Source: Candidatus Eiseniibacteriota bacterium (GTDB lineage: Bacteria > Eisenbacteria > RBG-16-71-46 > CAVPCR01). From it: a DNA stretch of 64,000 nucleotides. Shown piece after piece: positions 30,527 through 40,101 of the stretch (position 1 is the stretch's first letter; every line of letters begins with the position of its first letter). Where the stretch lies: assembly GCA_963702435.1 (NCBI GenBank), contig CAVPCR010000001.1, forward strand, positions 128,001 to 192,000, written 5' to 3'. Both the position numbers and the translations under genes were made by a program. The notes under the pieces were generated by a model. That model worked only from the letters and a program-made list of their open reading frames with translations, was not told the DNA's origin and ran no database searches.

Positions 30527-32400
30527 CCCCAAAACAAGCGCATTTGGCGTAGCGGATCCTATTGCCGTGGCCTGCGGCCGGGCAGCGATCAATAACTGGC
30601 CTCTTTCCTGCCGTCGAAAGCTGCGCTGGCTCGCCGAAGCTCACGCTGAAGAACTCTCTGGCCAAGATTCTCGGCGCTGGTTGGTTCTTTACGGTTGACC
30701 GGCTCGGTATCGACCAATGGCGATCACCCTGCAATCGCAGACACCCGTTTCGGAACGACGCTCGGTGTTACGCCGTCCTACGCTGCTTGAACCAAAGCGA
30801 CCCCTCGAGCAGGACCCGCGCCCACCCGCTCACGGTCAGCAAGCGGTAGATGAGCTGCCGGCCGCTCTCGAGGATCTGGCACGGCAGCAGGATCAGCTCG
30901 TTCAGGAACCGGCGGAACTCGACCCGGCGAATCTCCGCGCCGCCGATCGCCTCGGGCAGGACCAGCCCGAGCCACGCCTTCAGATTCCAAGCCAGGCTGG
31001 CGATCACCATGTACGCCCAGTTTCCCACCAAGTCCCCAACCGGCAAACGCATCGCCTGAACGCCGTTCTTCAGCTGCTCGATCAGGTTCTCCTGGTTGCA
31101 CCGCGCGTTCGCCTCGAACACCACTTGCTCCGGACTCAGCTCGCTCCGCGCTACGTTGGTGACGTAGAAGTGGAATCGTACTTCGTCGAACAGCGGTTCC
31201 CCACCCCGATCCACCGTAATGATCTTCAACAGCGTGATCAGTCGGTACGTCCCCTTGCTCTTTCGCGGTCGGTACTCCATCTCCGTGACGTACTCGATGG
31301 CCAGCCGCTGGTTGAGAAATCCCCGCTCCTTGACCACCGTCGCCTTCACGTTCTCCGGCCGCTCGCGGATCGCCATCTTTCGAGTCCGCCCCCGCCGCAC
31401 CAGCGGCCGCCAGGCTTCCGCCGGCAACGCGTTCGCCCGCTTCACGAGCGTCCGATGCGCATCCAGCCCGAACACGAACTCGACGCCGCCCTCCGTCCAG
31501 CGATCGAACTCTCCCGTCAAGGAGAAGTCGGTGTCGCCACGCAAGCGCACGGCCTCGAATCCCACGCCCTTCGCCCAGGCGACCCCCTTGTCCATCCACT
31601 TCACGGCCCCATCATGCGAGGGGCGATTCGCCGAACGGTTCACTACGTACAGCACCTCTTGGCTGTTCGCCAAGCTCACGACCAGCGGTCCGTATCCCCA
31701 CTTCCCGTTGTAGGAGATGTCCATCCCTTGCTTGCACTCGCCGAGAGTCGGCGCGATCGTGCCGTCGGCATCGATCAACGCCAGCTTCTTCGCACTCCGC
31801 GGGCGCTCCTTCCACACCTCCTGGCGCACCGCGCTCTGCGCATCCATGAGTTGCTCGACCCCCTTCGGATTGAAGCGTCGCAGGAAGTCCCCGGCGGTCG
31901 TGGGATCAGGTATCCGCTCGGCGCCGAGGGCGTCGAGGTAGTTCAGATCCTTGCGCCGCAGTTCCAGATCCTCGAGGCATGTGCCGCCAGTGAGGATGTT
32001 GTACGCCAGGTTGAGCACGTGGTCCGACTCGTAGTACGGCAGGTGCCGCTTGAGCACCTTCACCTCGCGGTCGATCACCTCTCGCAACCCAACGTGGTCG
32101 ACCAGCTGCTGGATGAGACCGAGACCCCCGCAAGGGATCGCCCGCGTGCGCGCGTCGAGTTCGTAGTGGATGTTCCCGCCAGCGAGGACGGGACCCGCCA
32201 TCCCCGTGGCCCGCTTGCCGTAGAGCCGCGTCTCCAGTTCCGCTTGACGCTCCTCGATGATCCGCGTATCGTTCCGCTTCACCTGAAATGCCCTCCCAGT
32301 CCAGGTATTTGCAGTCGAATCAACCGCAGAATACCCGGTGCTGGAGGGCATTTCTATGCCTTTCCCTCGCACTCACCCGCCGAATGCGCTGGATCTGGGG
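30527..32400 (-). mobile_element. IS1380-family element
   Basis: IRs CCCCAAAACAAGCGCATT / CCCCAGATCCAGCGCATT; DR CTAG. Confidence 0.9.
30768..32372 (-). CDS. IS1380 transposase
   Basis: PDPTTAGDFLRRF, IDADGT, LRGDTDF, RCNQENLIEQLK. Confidence 0.9.
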   Translation of the reverse strand: MRGKGIEMPSSTGYSAVDSTANTWTGRAFQVKRNDTRIIEERQAELETRLYGKRATGMAGPVLAGGNIHYELDARTRAIPCGGLGLIQQLVDHVGLREVIDREVKVLKRHLPYYESDHVLNLAYNILTGGTCLEDLELRRKDLNYLDALGAERIPDPTTAGDFLRRFNPKGVEQLMDAQSAVRQEVWKERPRSAKKLALIDADGTIAPTLGECKQGMDISYNGKWGYGPLVVSLANSQEVLYVVNRSANRPSHDGAVKWMDKGVAWAKGVGFEAVRLRGDTDFSLTGEFDRWTEGGVEFVFGLDAHRTLVKRANALPAEAWRPLVRRGRTRKMAIRERPENVKATVVKERGFLNQRLAIEYVTEMEYRPRKSKGTYRLITLLKIITVDRGGEPLFDEVRFHFYVTNVARSELSPEQVVFEANARCNQENLIEQLKNGVQAMRLPVGDLVGNWAYMVIASLAWNLKAWLGLVLPEAIGGAEIRRVEFRRFLNELILLPCQILESGRQLIYRLLTVSGWARVLLEGSLWFKQRRTA

Positions 32401-32492
32401 CTAGCTTCCTGTCGGGCTCAGCGAAACTGATGAAGGCATCGTGCCGCAGGGAGTTCATCCTGGAGCCTCCTGTCGTGATTGTCGATCGATAA

Positions 32493-32789
32493 CGAGGGCC
32501 TCAGCTGCGGCGGGCGGCCGCGCACGGCGCTCCTTCGCTACCCTCACCTTCGCGCCGGCCGCCGCCAGCTGCAGGCCCAGGTTCTGCGGCCGCCTCGATG
32601 ATGCCCCATGGCGGCGGTGCCGGCCCTCTTCAGCTCGGCGGTTCGGTCCCCACTCGTCAGCTTCTTCCTACCCCCTCACCACCGGGGGCCGGCGCCGCGC
32701 CGCGCGGAGTCCGCACAACACGACCATTCCCCTCTTCGCCCGATCTTCCTTCTCCCTACACGTCCTCGGCGCTCCATCGGACCACAGAA
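32493..32789 (-). mobile_element. ORF-less gene cassette, subfamily B (attC 32487-32587)
   Basis: G|TTCTGT start, R'' GCAGAAC; near-identical to 52627-52923. Confidence 0.85.
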
Positions 32790-32795
32790 CGCTTA

Positions 32796-33329
32796 TTAGC
32801 CATCGCTATTCGGGATGCCCCGCAGATCTGAGATGCTCCATTCGAATTTGGGGTCGCCCTGCTGCCCAGTAACGGCAAAGGAAAAGGACTCGGTTGTGAG
32901 AGGAACGATTCTCTCGTCGACCCGGAAATCCCGTGTCCACCTTTCGGAACCGTCAGCCTCCATGCACCTCACCTTGATAACGAATCTCGTGATCACCCAA
33001 TTCGTACCGTTATACAACTTCCCATCGAAGGTATCGCTATACCGTGAGAACCCCGCGTTTCCAGTGACCTTTGACCACTCTTGAGTAGGGAGCTGCTGAG
33101 TCAGGGATTGATTGATCAGCTTTTCTTGTTCGGGATCAACCTGTTCCGTCTTTGTATCGCCGGTAATCATCCAGGTTCTCCCTGTCTTCCTGTCGAGTTC
33201 ATATGCCACACCAGGTGCACCGGCATTGGTGATCGTGTAGCGATGTGCCTCCAAGTAGAACCGGTACCCGATGAGCCCACCGAGGACAAGGGCTGCTGCT
33301 GTGATGACGACAGCCTTCTGGGTGTTCAT
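32796..33329 (-). CDS. Cassette protein with N-terminal membrane anchor
   Basis: MNTQKAVVITAAALVLGGLIG; ATG lies in the IS256 target duplication. Confidence 0.75.
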   Translation of the reverse strand: MNTQKAVVITAAALVLGGLIGYRFYLEAHRYTITNAGAPGVAYELDRKTGRTWMITGDTKTEQVDPEQEKLINQSLTQQLPTQEWSKVTGNAGFSRYSDTFDGKLYNGTNWVITRFVIKVRCMEADGSERWTRDFRVDERIVPLTTESFSFAVTGQQGDPKFEWSISDLRGIPNSDG

Positions 33330-33333
33330 GGTC

Positions 33334-34909
33334 GGCAGCGTCTCGGTAGTTGTTGAAAAGGGTCTGACGTTCTCTCCGGACCTCCTGAATCCTAGCGTTT
33401 CGAGCCGTTTGCTTCCATCTTCACAATGCGGTCTGCGATTTCCTTCCTCCTGGCCGCGGTGAGCCCTGGATGGGCTGTTCGCCCGATGATCGCTGAGAAC
33501 CGGCTTCACCAGAGGCCCCAGGATCAACGTTCTCGAGTCGGTCCGACCGGTAGTACCCCCCTGTTTCGGGGTGGCGGGGGCTCGGCGCGGATCCCGGGAG
33601 TCTCATGCGAGCTTCCTCTGCGCGCCCGTCGATCATCTCCTCGAGCTTCTGGTACCCGTCGATCTTGCGCAGGCGGATCGCACCAGAAGCGATCAGACCG
33701 AACAGAAGGTCAGCGCCGCCGCCTCGGTCGGGAACGACCCCTGGGTCTTGGTCCGCCGGCGGAACTCCTCGTTGATCCGCTCGATCAGGTTCGTCGTGCG
33801 CAGGCTCTTCCACATCGCGGCGGGGAAGTTGTAGAAGGTCAACAGCTCCCTCCCCGCCTCCTCGAGGCTGACCACGACCTCCGGCACCAGCGGCTGCCAC
33901 TTGCGGCAGAACGCCGCGTAAGCCTTCTCGGCCGCCTCCCGGTTCTCGGCGTGGGTGATCGCCGCATAGTCGCGCTTGAGCTCCGCGTGGCAGTGCTTCG
34001 GCGCCTTGGCCAGCAGGTTCTCCAGCTTGTGCCACGTGCACCGCTGCAGCTCGCGCCTCCGGCCAGGCCTCCCGCACCGCACGGATCAGGCCCGCGTTGC
34101 CGTCCAGCAGCACGAGCCGCGGCGCGACCAGGTTCCGCACGACGAGCCCCTCGATCACTCCCGCCCACGCCTTCAAGCTCTCGCTCGGCGCCAGTCGCAG
34201 CTCGAGCAGCTCCTTCTCGCCGGTGGCCTTCACCCCGACCACCACCTGCACCGGCACCTTGACCACCCGCCGGGCCAGCCGCACCGGCAGCCGCATCGCA
34301 TCCAGGATCAGGATCGCGTACGACTCTCGGCTCAGGTCGCGTCCTCGCCACATGGCGAACAGATCCTGCAGCCGCTTCACCACCCGCGAGACCGCACTCC
34401 GCGACATCGCCGTCCCCTCGACCAGCGGCTTCAGCGCCAGCCGGATCTTCCGCGTGTTCGTCCCCGTCAGGTAGCTCGTGACCAGGGCCGCGTCCAGCCG
34501 CCGCGTGCGCCGCGCGTAGCGCCGGACGATGTCGCTCGCGAACTCCTGCGTCCCCGTCGTGGTCTGCAGGCGAGCGCGGGGCACCTCCACCTCCACCGGG
34601 CCGAACGAGGTCATCAGCCGTCGCGGCGGCCGGCTGCCGTGCCGGTAGCCGGTGCGCGCCTGCGGTGCGCTCCCGGTGGCTGAAGCCCCCAGGGCACCCT
34701 CCACTTCCTCGTCCAGGATGTCGACGATCATCTCCCGGACCCGGCCCCGGACGAGGGTCTCGAGGTCATGGAAATCCGCTGGCGCGCCAGCAACTGCGCA
34801 GTACGATCCTTCATGGCGTATTCCTCCGGTTAAGCCCATACTGGGCTTTGCTTTATGACACCCGGAGAATACGCCATCCTCCTTTTTCAACAAGTCCCGG
34901 GACGCTGCC
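33334..34909 (-). mobile_element. IS256-family element (transposase ~34814-33600, frameshifted)
   Basis: IRs GGCAGCGTC(C/T)CGG...TTGTTGAAAA; 8-bp DR GACCATGA; YRHG, LDGNAGL, QRCTWH, RTTNLIER. Confidence 0.9.
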
Positions 34910-34928
34910 TCATGGTCTCTTCCTTCAT

Positions 34929-36918
34929 GGCTAACGCCCAGCATCAGCGGCGGCGCGACAGCGTCGTCCGCTGGTAGGGTCAGGGAGTGGCGCCTGGGAC
35001 CAAGGTCCTGGTTTCCACCCCCTGCCACATCAAACCGTACGTGAGGTTTTCCCTCATACGGCTTTCCGACAACCTTCACCTCACAGCATGCGAGTATGTA
35101 GAACGCTCCGCCCCTTTGGGTAGAAGTACGTCAGGCCGCTCCAGCGTTCCCATTCCACGAATGCCTTCGGCAACAGCTGGCCGCGCGAACCCCGGCGCTT
35201 CCGCAGGAACCGCCACAGCCGAAACCGAACGTACCGATCCAGGTCCGCCAGCTTCTTGGTGGAGTTCCCGATCGAGAAGTAGGCCCGCCAGCCGCGAATG
35301 AAGCGGTTGAGAGCGCTCACCAACTCGGCGAGACCCACCCGAAGGCGATCCCTCGACGTTTCCCGGCGAATCTTCTCACGTACCGCGCTCATCGCCTTCT
35401 GGCTCGGCCACGCATAGGGTACCAGTCGGCCCGTCCGCCTCGACGGCATCTTGTGGAAGTGGAAGCCGAGGAAGTCGAAGCCGTCGCTCCCCATGTCGAC
35501 CACGCGCGTCTTCATCGGATGCAGCGTCAACTTCAACCGCCTCAGAAACCCTGCGATGAGTTCGTGCGCCTTTGCCGCTGCCTCGCGACCACGGCACAGG
35601 ACGACGAAGTCATCGCAGTAACGATGGAGCTTACCCACTCTCGTGTGACGATCCTGCCACCATCGGTCCAACGAGTGGAGGTAGATGTTGGCTAGAACGG
35701 GGCTGATCACCCCACCCTGCGGAACGCCACACCGAGTCGCGTGTCGCTGCCGGTCGATAACGACTCCCGCTCGCAGCCACTGACTGATCAGCTTCAGCAC
35801 CCGGCGATCGCTGATCCGTCGCCGGACAAGATTCATGAGAATCTCGTGGTCCACGTTGTCGAAGAAGCCCTCGATGTCTGCATCGAGAACCCACCAACTC
35901 CGGACCAGGGCCTCTTTGACCGCCAGCACCGCTTGCCCCGCGCTACGCCTCGGGCGATACCCGTGCGAGCACGGAGGAAGCTCGCTTCAAACACCGGCTC
36001 GATGACGATCTTGCACGCTTGCTGGACCACCCGATCTCGAACCGTCGGGATCCCCAGCGGTCGCGTGCGACCATCCGGCTTCGGGATCTCCACCCGGAGG
36101 ACTGGGCTCGGGCGATACCTCTCCGCCTTCAGGTCCTCGGCGAGGTCTCCGAGATATGCGTCGACGCCCTGTCGTTCAACATCCTCGATGCTAACGCCAT
36201 CGACGCCGGCACTCCCTCCGTTCGCTCGCACTTCCTCCCAGGCCCGCCACAGTACGTCGGGCCGGACGATGCGGTCATACAGAGCGTGGAACCGTCGGCC
36301 CCGGCTCCTCTTGGCCGCAAGATACAGTCGGCGCTGGAGTTCTCGTGACTTTTCTATCGGGTGTTGTTGGCTCTTGCGAGCATGCACCGTCACTTCCCTC
36401 CCCGCTCGACGCGGTTGAAGCAGGGGAGCTTCCCTCCAGCCGGTTCTGTTGTCCGTGCCTTCAGCGGTACTACCTCCCCCTCCGACTTCTCACGACGCGC
36501 CAGCTCAGACTTCGCATTCCCGTGCTTATACCGAGCCTTCCGGGGACTGTGCCCCCGGCACCGTGAGATCTCCCTTGTTGCCCTGATGGCTGTCCCAACA
36601 TTCCGCTCCCTCTACGCCGAGGAGTTCTTCGAGGCTGCGTTTCCAGAATCTTCGCCTCTTCCATGGCCTTCGCGATGCATGAGACGCTCGGCTCTCCTCT
36701 GCTCCCCTTGCGGGGCTAACATGTCGACGCTGCAGGATTCCCTTTATGGTACGGACTGCTGGCTTGCTCCTCCTTCTCAGAGGGTTACTCCGCTTCACCA
36801 CCTCCAGTCGCCCGGAGGCAGCGGGAGCCTGCTACGTGGCTCTCTGGCGATTACCACGACCGGACTCACACCGGTAAGTCATCAGAACCTTTCAAGGCGC
36901 ACCATGCTGTTGTTGGGC
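34929..36918 (-). other. attC split by group II intron
   Basis: GCCCAAC AACAGCATG|CAGCGGACG...CGCCGCTGATGCTGGGC GTTAGCC. Confidence 0.9.
34974..36902 (-). mobile_element. ltrA: Group IIB-type intron copy 1 (RT 35081-36393 frameshifted at ~35973)
   Basis: 5' GTGCG, D5 AAGCCGTATGAGGGAAAACCTCACGTACGGTTT, 3' CCCTAC; lacks one G relative to copy 2. Confidence 0.92.
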
Positions 36919-36922
36919 GTCA

Positions 36923-37792
36923 TCACGATCGTAGGTCGAATCCAATCCATGTGCGGCCTCGCACGCCCGCGAGGCCCTTGACATCGAAGAACCGATCTAG
37001 CCCTCGAATCGTGATGCGCACCGCCGGTGCGTTGCTTCGCTTCGCAACGCCGAGGTAACTATCGCGAATCGTGTGGAGCACCTCGGCGACGGCTTTCCGC
37101 GCTGATTCAAAGACTGAAAAGGTTCCAGTACGCCAAATGAAGACACGTCCACCGACAGCCGAGATGTCGTCTTGCTCGCCGTCCATAAAGTAGTCCGCGC
37201 TACTCTCTACCGCAATGAGTGCCGACTCGACAAAAGCACGCAAGTCGTCAGCGCTCACTTGACCAGAGGCCACAGCAATTCGAAAGAACGCGTCCGGCGC
37301 GACGTCAACGTACGTGCCGGCCCGTATCTCACCGACCAGCTGCGCTTCCATTACGCTCGTAAGGGATGGCCTCGGACTGATGGTACCGATAAGTCTGGCG
37401 ATACCAGACTTCCAGTTCTTGGTGAGATCGGTCCACTGAAGGTCACGAAGAGTTTCTCCGGCACCAATAGGGCGACTCGGGGGATTGCACGCTGAGAGAA
37501 GTACCGGTAGAAACCACACCCTATCGGTGGAACGCAGCCGGAGTTCCTCGATCGCCAAGGTTAGTTCCTCGTTCATATGGCTTCGCTCCCTCGCCGTTGA
37601 GTTGGCTGAGAAGCATGCCAGGAAGAACGAACCGTTCTGAATCGCGTCGCGGAGCGACTCCTTCCATCGCTTGCCTGGGTTTATGCGTTCCCGGTCTAAC
37701 CAAATGTCGATGCCTGGACGCCTAAGCTCTGACACGAGCTGATCGACCAGCTTCGCGTCGTCGCGTACGTAGGAGATGAAGACATGGGACAT
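36923..37792 (-). CDS. TIR-domain cassette protein
   Basis: MSHVFISY..D..IDIWLDR..I.PG..W...I.....FFLACFS..S....NEEL. Confidence 0.85.
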   Translation of the reverse strand: MSHVFISYVRDDAKLVDQLVSELRRPGIDIWLDRERINPGKRWKESLRDAIQNGSFFLACFSANSTARERSHMNEELTLAIEELRLRSTDRVWFLPVLLSACNPPSRPIGAGETLRDLQWTDLTKNWKSGIARLIGTISPRPSLTSVMEAQLVGEIRAGTYVDVAPDAFFRIAVASGQVSADDLRAFVESALIAVESSADYFMDGEQDDISAVGGRVFIWRTGTFSVFESARKAVAEVLHTIRDSYLGVAKRSNAPAVRITIRGLDRFFDVKGLAGVRGRTWIGFDLRS

Positions 37793-37824
37793 TGTTCTGG
37801 CCTCACCTGTCGGCGACACTATTT

Positions 37825-39104
37825 GGTTCTTCCGGGTTTTCCGTGGGTGAGGGCTGAGGTGTAGGCTCCGACCCCGAAGGAGGGTCAGAGCCGTGCGTGA
37901 CACCGAGCTTTACCGGTACCTGTTGGGTCTTGAGTCGCCGTGGTCGGTCAGTCGGGTCGAGTTGAATCTCGAGCAGCAGCGGGTGGACGCGTGGGCGGAG
38001 CACCCGCAGGGCCAGCGCTGGCCGTGCCCCGAGTGTGGTGAGGAGCTGCCGCTTTACGATCACAGCGAGGAGCGAGTGTGGCGGCACCTGGACAGCTGTC
38101 AGTTCATGACCTTCCTGCACGCGCGGCCGCTGCGGGTGAACTGCTCCACGCATGGCGTGCGGCAGGTGCGACTGCCGTGGGCGGAGCCCCACGCACGCTT
38201 CACCGCCCTGTTCGAGCGCCTGGCGATCGACGTGCTGCGGGAGACGGACATCACCGGGGCCACCCGGATCCTGCGCATCAGCTGGGACGAGGCGTGGCAT
38301 CTGATGGAACGCGCGGTGGCTCGTGGCCTGCTGGCGAAGGGGGAGCGGATCTGCCCGCTGATCGGCGTGGATGAGGACGCGGTGGCCAAGGGGCAGAAGT
38401 ACATGACGCTGGTGTACGACCTGAAGGAGGCGACCGTCGAGTACATCGGAGATGGCCGCAGTCAGGAGAGCTTGGACGGCTACTTCCGCGGTCTGACGCC
38501 GGCCCAGTTGGCCGGGATCGAGGCGCTCGCCCTCGACATGTGGGACCCCTTCGCCCGTTCGATCCTCGAACACGTGCCCGATGCCGAGGACAAGATGGTC
38601 TACGACCAGTTCCACATCATGGCGCATGTCGGGAAGGCAGTGGACGCGGTCCGCAAGCGGGAGCACCGCGCGCTGACCGCGGTCGGCGACGAGACCCTGA
38701 AGGGGAGCAAGTACCTCTGGCTGTACGGGGTCGAGAACCTGCCCGAGAAGCACCGAGCCCGGTTCGCAGCGCTGCGGGACGCCGAGCTCAAGACCGGTCG
38801 GGCATGGGCGATCAAGGAGAGCCTGCGGGCGCTGTGGGACTACCGCAGCTACGCCTGGGCCAAGAAGCACTGGCAGGCCTGGTACTTCTGGGGGCGGCTG
38901 ATCAAGCGCCATCTCCTCAACGTGCTCGCCTACTTCGACCATCCGATCACCAACGCCGTGGCGGAGGGCATCAACTCAAAAATCGGGACGATCAAGAAGG
39001 CTGCCTACGGCTTCCGCAACCCGGAGCACTTCAAGACCGCCATCTTCTTCCACTGCGGTGGCCTCAACCTCTACCCGGCTACCCACGGAATTCCCGGATG
39101 AACC
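37825..39104 (+). mobile_element. ISL3-family element (transposase 37893-39101)
   Basis: IRs GGTTCTTCCGG / GGTTCATCCGG; 8-bp DR CACTATTT; CPEC, IGVDE, DMW, DQFH, EGINSKI, YGFR. Confidence 0.92.
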
Positions 39105-39122
39105 CACTATTTGTACGCCCAA

Positions 39123-39435
39123 CGCTTGCCTCAGCCGCGGCGGGCACCCACCGCGGTCCCCTTCTCGCCACTCACCTACCCGCCCGCCGGCGGCTGCAGG
39201 CGGGTGTTCTGCGGCTGGCTCGGCGTCCCTGCTCGTGGCGGCGGTGCCGGCCGTCCCCAGCGCCGCGCCCCGGCCCTCATCACCTGCGCCTCTTCCAAAC
39301 TCCCTGCTCCTGCGGCCGGCGCCGCGCCGCAACCAACTTCCCCTCCCGACCAAACATCGATCGCTCCAGACCACGCTCGCACCAGATCACCTGACCTGAT
39401 CCGCTCTGTGCTTCCAGCCCCGGCAGCGCGCAGAA
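39123..39435 (-). mobile_element. ORF-less gene cassette, subfamily A (attC 39117-39212)
   Basis: Start GTTCTGC, R'' GCAGAAC. Confidence 0.85.
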
Positions 39436-39751
39436 CGCTGGCCTCAGCTGCGGCGGGCGGCTGCACCCGGCGCGGCCCCATCGTCCCTACTCCGTGCCGG
39501 CCGCCGCCAGCTGCAGGCCGCTGTTCTGTGGCTGGCGGCGGCGTCCCTGCTCGTGGCGGCGGTGCCGGCCCTCTTCACCGCCGTGGGTCGGCCCCCAGCG
39601 CCTCAGCCTCTTCTGGCCACCGTGACCACCCGGGGCCGGCGCCGCGCCGCTGCCAACTTCCCCCGCCGCCCAAACCACGATCCAGGTGTCGCTCGAGCCA
39701 GATCACATAACCTGATCCGCCATCTGCTCAGCGACACGTCAGCACACAGAA
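39436..39751 (-). mobile_element. ORF-less gene cassette, A/B intermediate (attC 39430-39529)
   Basis: Start GTTCTGT, R'' ACAGAAC. Confidence 0.85.
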
Positions 39752-40062
39752 CGCTTGCCTCAGCCGCGGCGGGCGTTCACCGCGGCCCCTTTCTCACCTC
39801 TTCCCTGCGCCGCCCGCCGTCGGCTGTAGGCGAGGGTTCTGAGGCTGGCTCGGCGTCCCTGCTCATGGCGGCGGTGCCGGCCGTCCCCAGCGTTGCGCCC
39901 CGGCCCTCATCACCAACGCCTCTTCCAGACTCCCTGCCACCTGCGGCCGGCGCCGCGCCGCAACCAACTTCCCTTCCTGACCAAACATCGATCCACATCA
40001 CGCTCGCACCAGAGCACATACCCTGATCCGCCCTCTGCTTCCAGCCCCGTCAGCGCTCAGAA
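39752..40062 (-). mobile_element. ORF-less gene cassette, subfamily A (attC 39746-39842)
   Basis: Start GTTCTGA, R'' TCAGAAC. Confidence 0.85.
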
Positions 40063-40101
40063 CGCTCAACATCAGCGGCGGCGCGACAGCGTCGTCCGCT
40101 G

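Larger units (their letters stand above)
29459..32458 (-). pseudogene. TIR + SLOG-like cassette gene interrupted by IS1380, with additional frameshifts/stops
   Basis: MNSLRHDAFISFAEPDRK|LAEDL..SRRWVLFEAGAA (TIR); later LLLLGGNEGTMEEF..IPCFGGTA (SLOG-like). Confidence 0.72.

Noticed and set aside
39117..40062. Tandem ~313-bp repeats as CRISPR array or MITEs
   Set aside because: No short identical repeats with unique spacers, no cas genes, no terminal IRs or target duplications; boundaries coincide with attC crossover points
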